A DNA stretch of 64,000 nt from contig NC_134035.1 in NCBI RefSeq assembly GCF_964204645.1, positions 6,593,001 to 6,657,000 on the forward strand, read 5' to 3'. This DNA is from Tubulanus polymorphus (taxonomy: Eukaryota > Animalia > Nemertea). A model generated the notes under the pieces. The model saw only the letters and a program-made list of their open reading frames with translations, did not search any database and was not told where the DNA came from. Position 1 is the first letter of the stretch. Each line of letters begins with the position of its first letter. Positions 62,701-64,000 of the stretch are shown piece by piece. Both the position numbers and the translations under genes were made by a program.

Positions 62701-64000
62701 GTCAGGAAAAGAACTTTTCGACCCGAAAACGTCGTTCAGCGCGAGAAAAGACGTTTTCGTATCAAATATTCCCCCTATCGGAAAAACGACAATGTCGATG
62801 CGTAAAAGCGCTCGAATCGTCAGGAAAAGCATTTTTCGACCCGAAAACGTCGTTCAGCGCGAGAAAAGACGTTTTCGTATCAAATATTCCCCCTATCGGA
62901 AAAACGACAATGTCGATGCGTAAAAGCGCTCGAATCGTCAGGAAAAGCACTTTTCGACCCGAAAACGTCGTTCAGCGCGAGAAAAGACGTTTTCGTATCA
63001 AAAATTCCCCCTATCGGAAAAACGACAATGTCGATACGTATAAGCGCTCGAATCGTCAGGAAAAGAACTTTTCGACCCGAAAACGTCGTTCAGCGCGAGA
63101 AAAGACGTTTTCGTATCAAATATTCCCCCTATCGGAAAAACGACAATGTCGATGCGTAAAAGCGCTCGAATCGTCAGGAAAAGCACTTTTCGACCCGAAA
63201 ACGTCGTTCAGCGCGAGAAAAGACGTTTTCGTATCAAATATTCCCCCTATCGGAAAAACGACAACGTCGATGCGTAAAAGCGCTCGAATCGTCAGGAAAA
63301 GCACTTTTCGACCCGAAAACGTCGTTCAGCGCGAGAAAAGACGTTTTCGTATCAAATATTCCCCCTATCGGAAAAACGACAATGTCGATGCGTAAAAGCG
63401 CTCGAATCGTCAGGAAAAGCACTTTTCGACCCGAAAACGTCGTTCAGCGCGAGAAAAGACGTTTTCGTATCAAATATTCCCCCTATCGGAAAAACGACAA
63501 TGTCGATGCGTAAAAGCGCACGAATCGTCAGGAAAAGCACTTTTCGACCCGAAAACGTCGTTCAGCGCGAGAAAAGACGTTTTCGTATCAAATATTCCCC
63601 CTATCGGAAACACGACAATGTCGATGCGTAAAAGCGCTCGAATCGTCAGGAAAAGCACATTTCGACCCGAAAACGTCGTTCAGCGCGAGAAAAGACGTTT
63701 TCGTATCAAATATTCCCCCTATCGGAAAAACGACAATGTCGATGCGTAAAAGCGCTCGAATCGTCAGGAAAAGCACTTTTCGACCCGAAAACGTCGTTCA
63801 GCGCGAGAAAAGACGTTTTCGTATCAAATATTCCCCCTATCGGAAAAACGACAATGTCGATGCGTAAAAGCGCACGAATCGTCAGGAAAAGCACTTTTCG
63901 ACCCGAAAACGTCGTTCAGCGCGAGAAAAGACGTTTTCGTATCAAATATTCCCCCTATCGGAAAGACGACAATGTCGATGCGTAAAAGCGCTCGAATCGT
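44708..64000. repeat. 118-bp satellite array (~163 monomers, runs off the window), possibly (peri)centromeric
   Basis: Monomer TATCAAATATTCCCCCTATCGGAAAAACGACAATGTCGATGCGTAAAAGCGCTCGAATCGTCAGGAAAAGCACTTTTCGACCCGAAAACGTCGTTCAGCGCGAGAAAAGACGTTTTCG; the ORF track repeats every 118 bp. Confidence 0.99.

Noticed and set aside
44708-64000. Scores of 62-aa 'MLFLTIRALL...' and longer 'MSMRKSAR...' ORFs
   Set aside because: Translations of the 118-bp satellite; the monomer is not a multiple of 3 and indels ignore frame

Overview
Eukaryotic, probably invertebrate-animal, repeat-rich DNA at the edge of a large 118-bp satellite array. Bases 1-9.6 kb hold host repeats: a 31-bp palindromic minisatellite, a duplicated ~1.3-kb module, a Helentron-like non-autonomous element and an internally deleted Ty3/Gypsy remnant. 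Two full-length but decaying Polinton/Maverick endogenous viruses are inserted into the satellite about 915 bp apart, each with TIRs and a perfect 6-bp TSD: element 1 at 10311-27804 (TSD AAAGTC) and element 2 at 28720-44707 (TSD TTCGTA). Both encode protein-primed PolB, an rve integrase with chromodomain, an A32-like packaging ATPase, putative major and minor capsid proteins and a cluster of membrane proteins; neither has a recognisable adenain protease. The most striking observation is a LAGLIDADG-type intein (32303-33300) in the catalytic YFD|TD motif of the element 2 polymerase, while element 1 carries the empty allele. Nearly all viral ORFs start within a poxvirus-late-promoter-like TAAATG, and element 1 ends in ~190-bp hairpins. 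Bases 44708-64000 are the homogeneous 118-bp satellite with local higher-order repeats. All family calls come from motif recognition by eye; no database searches were run.
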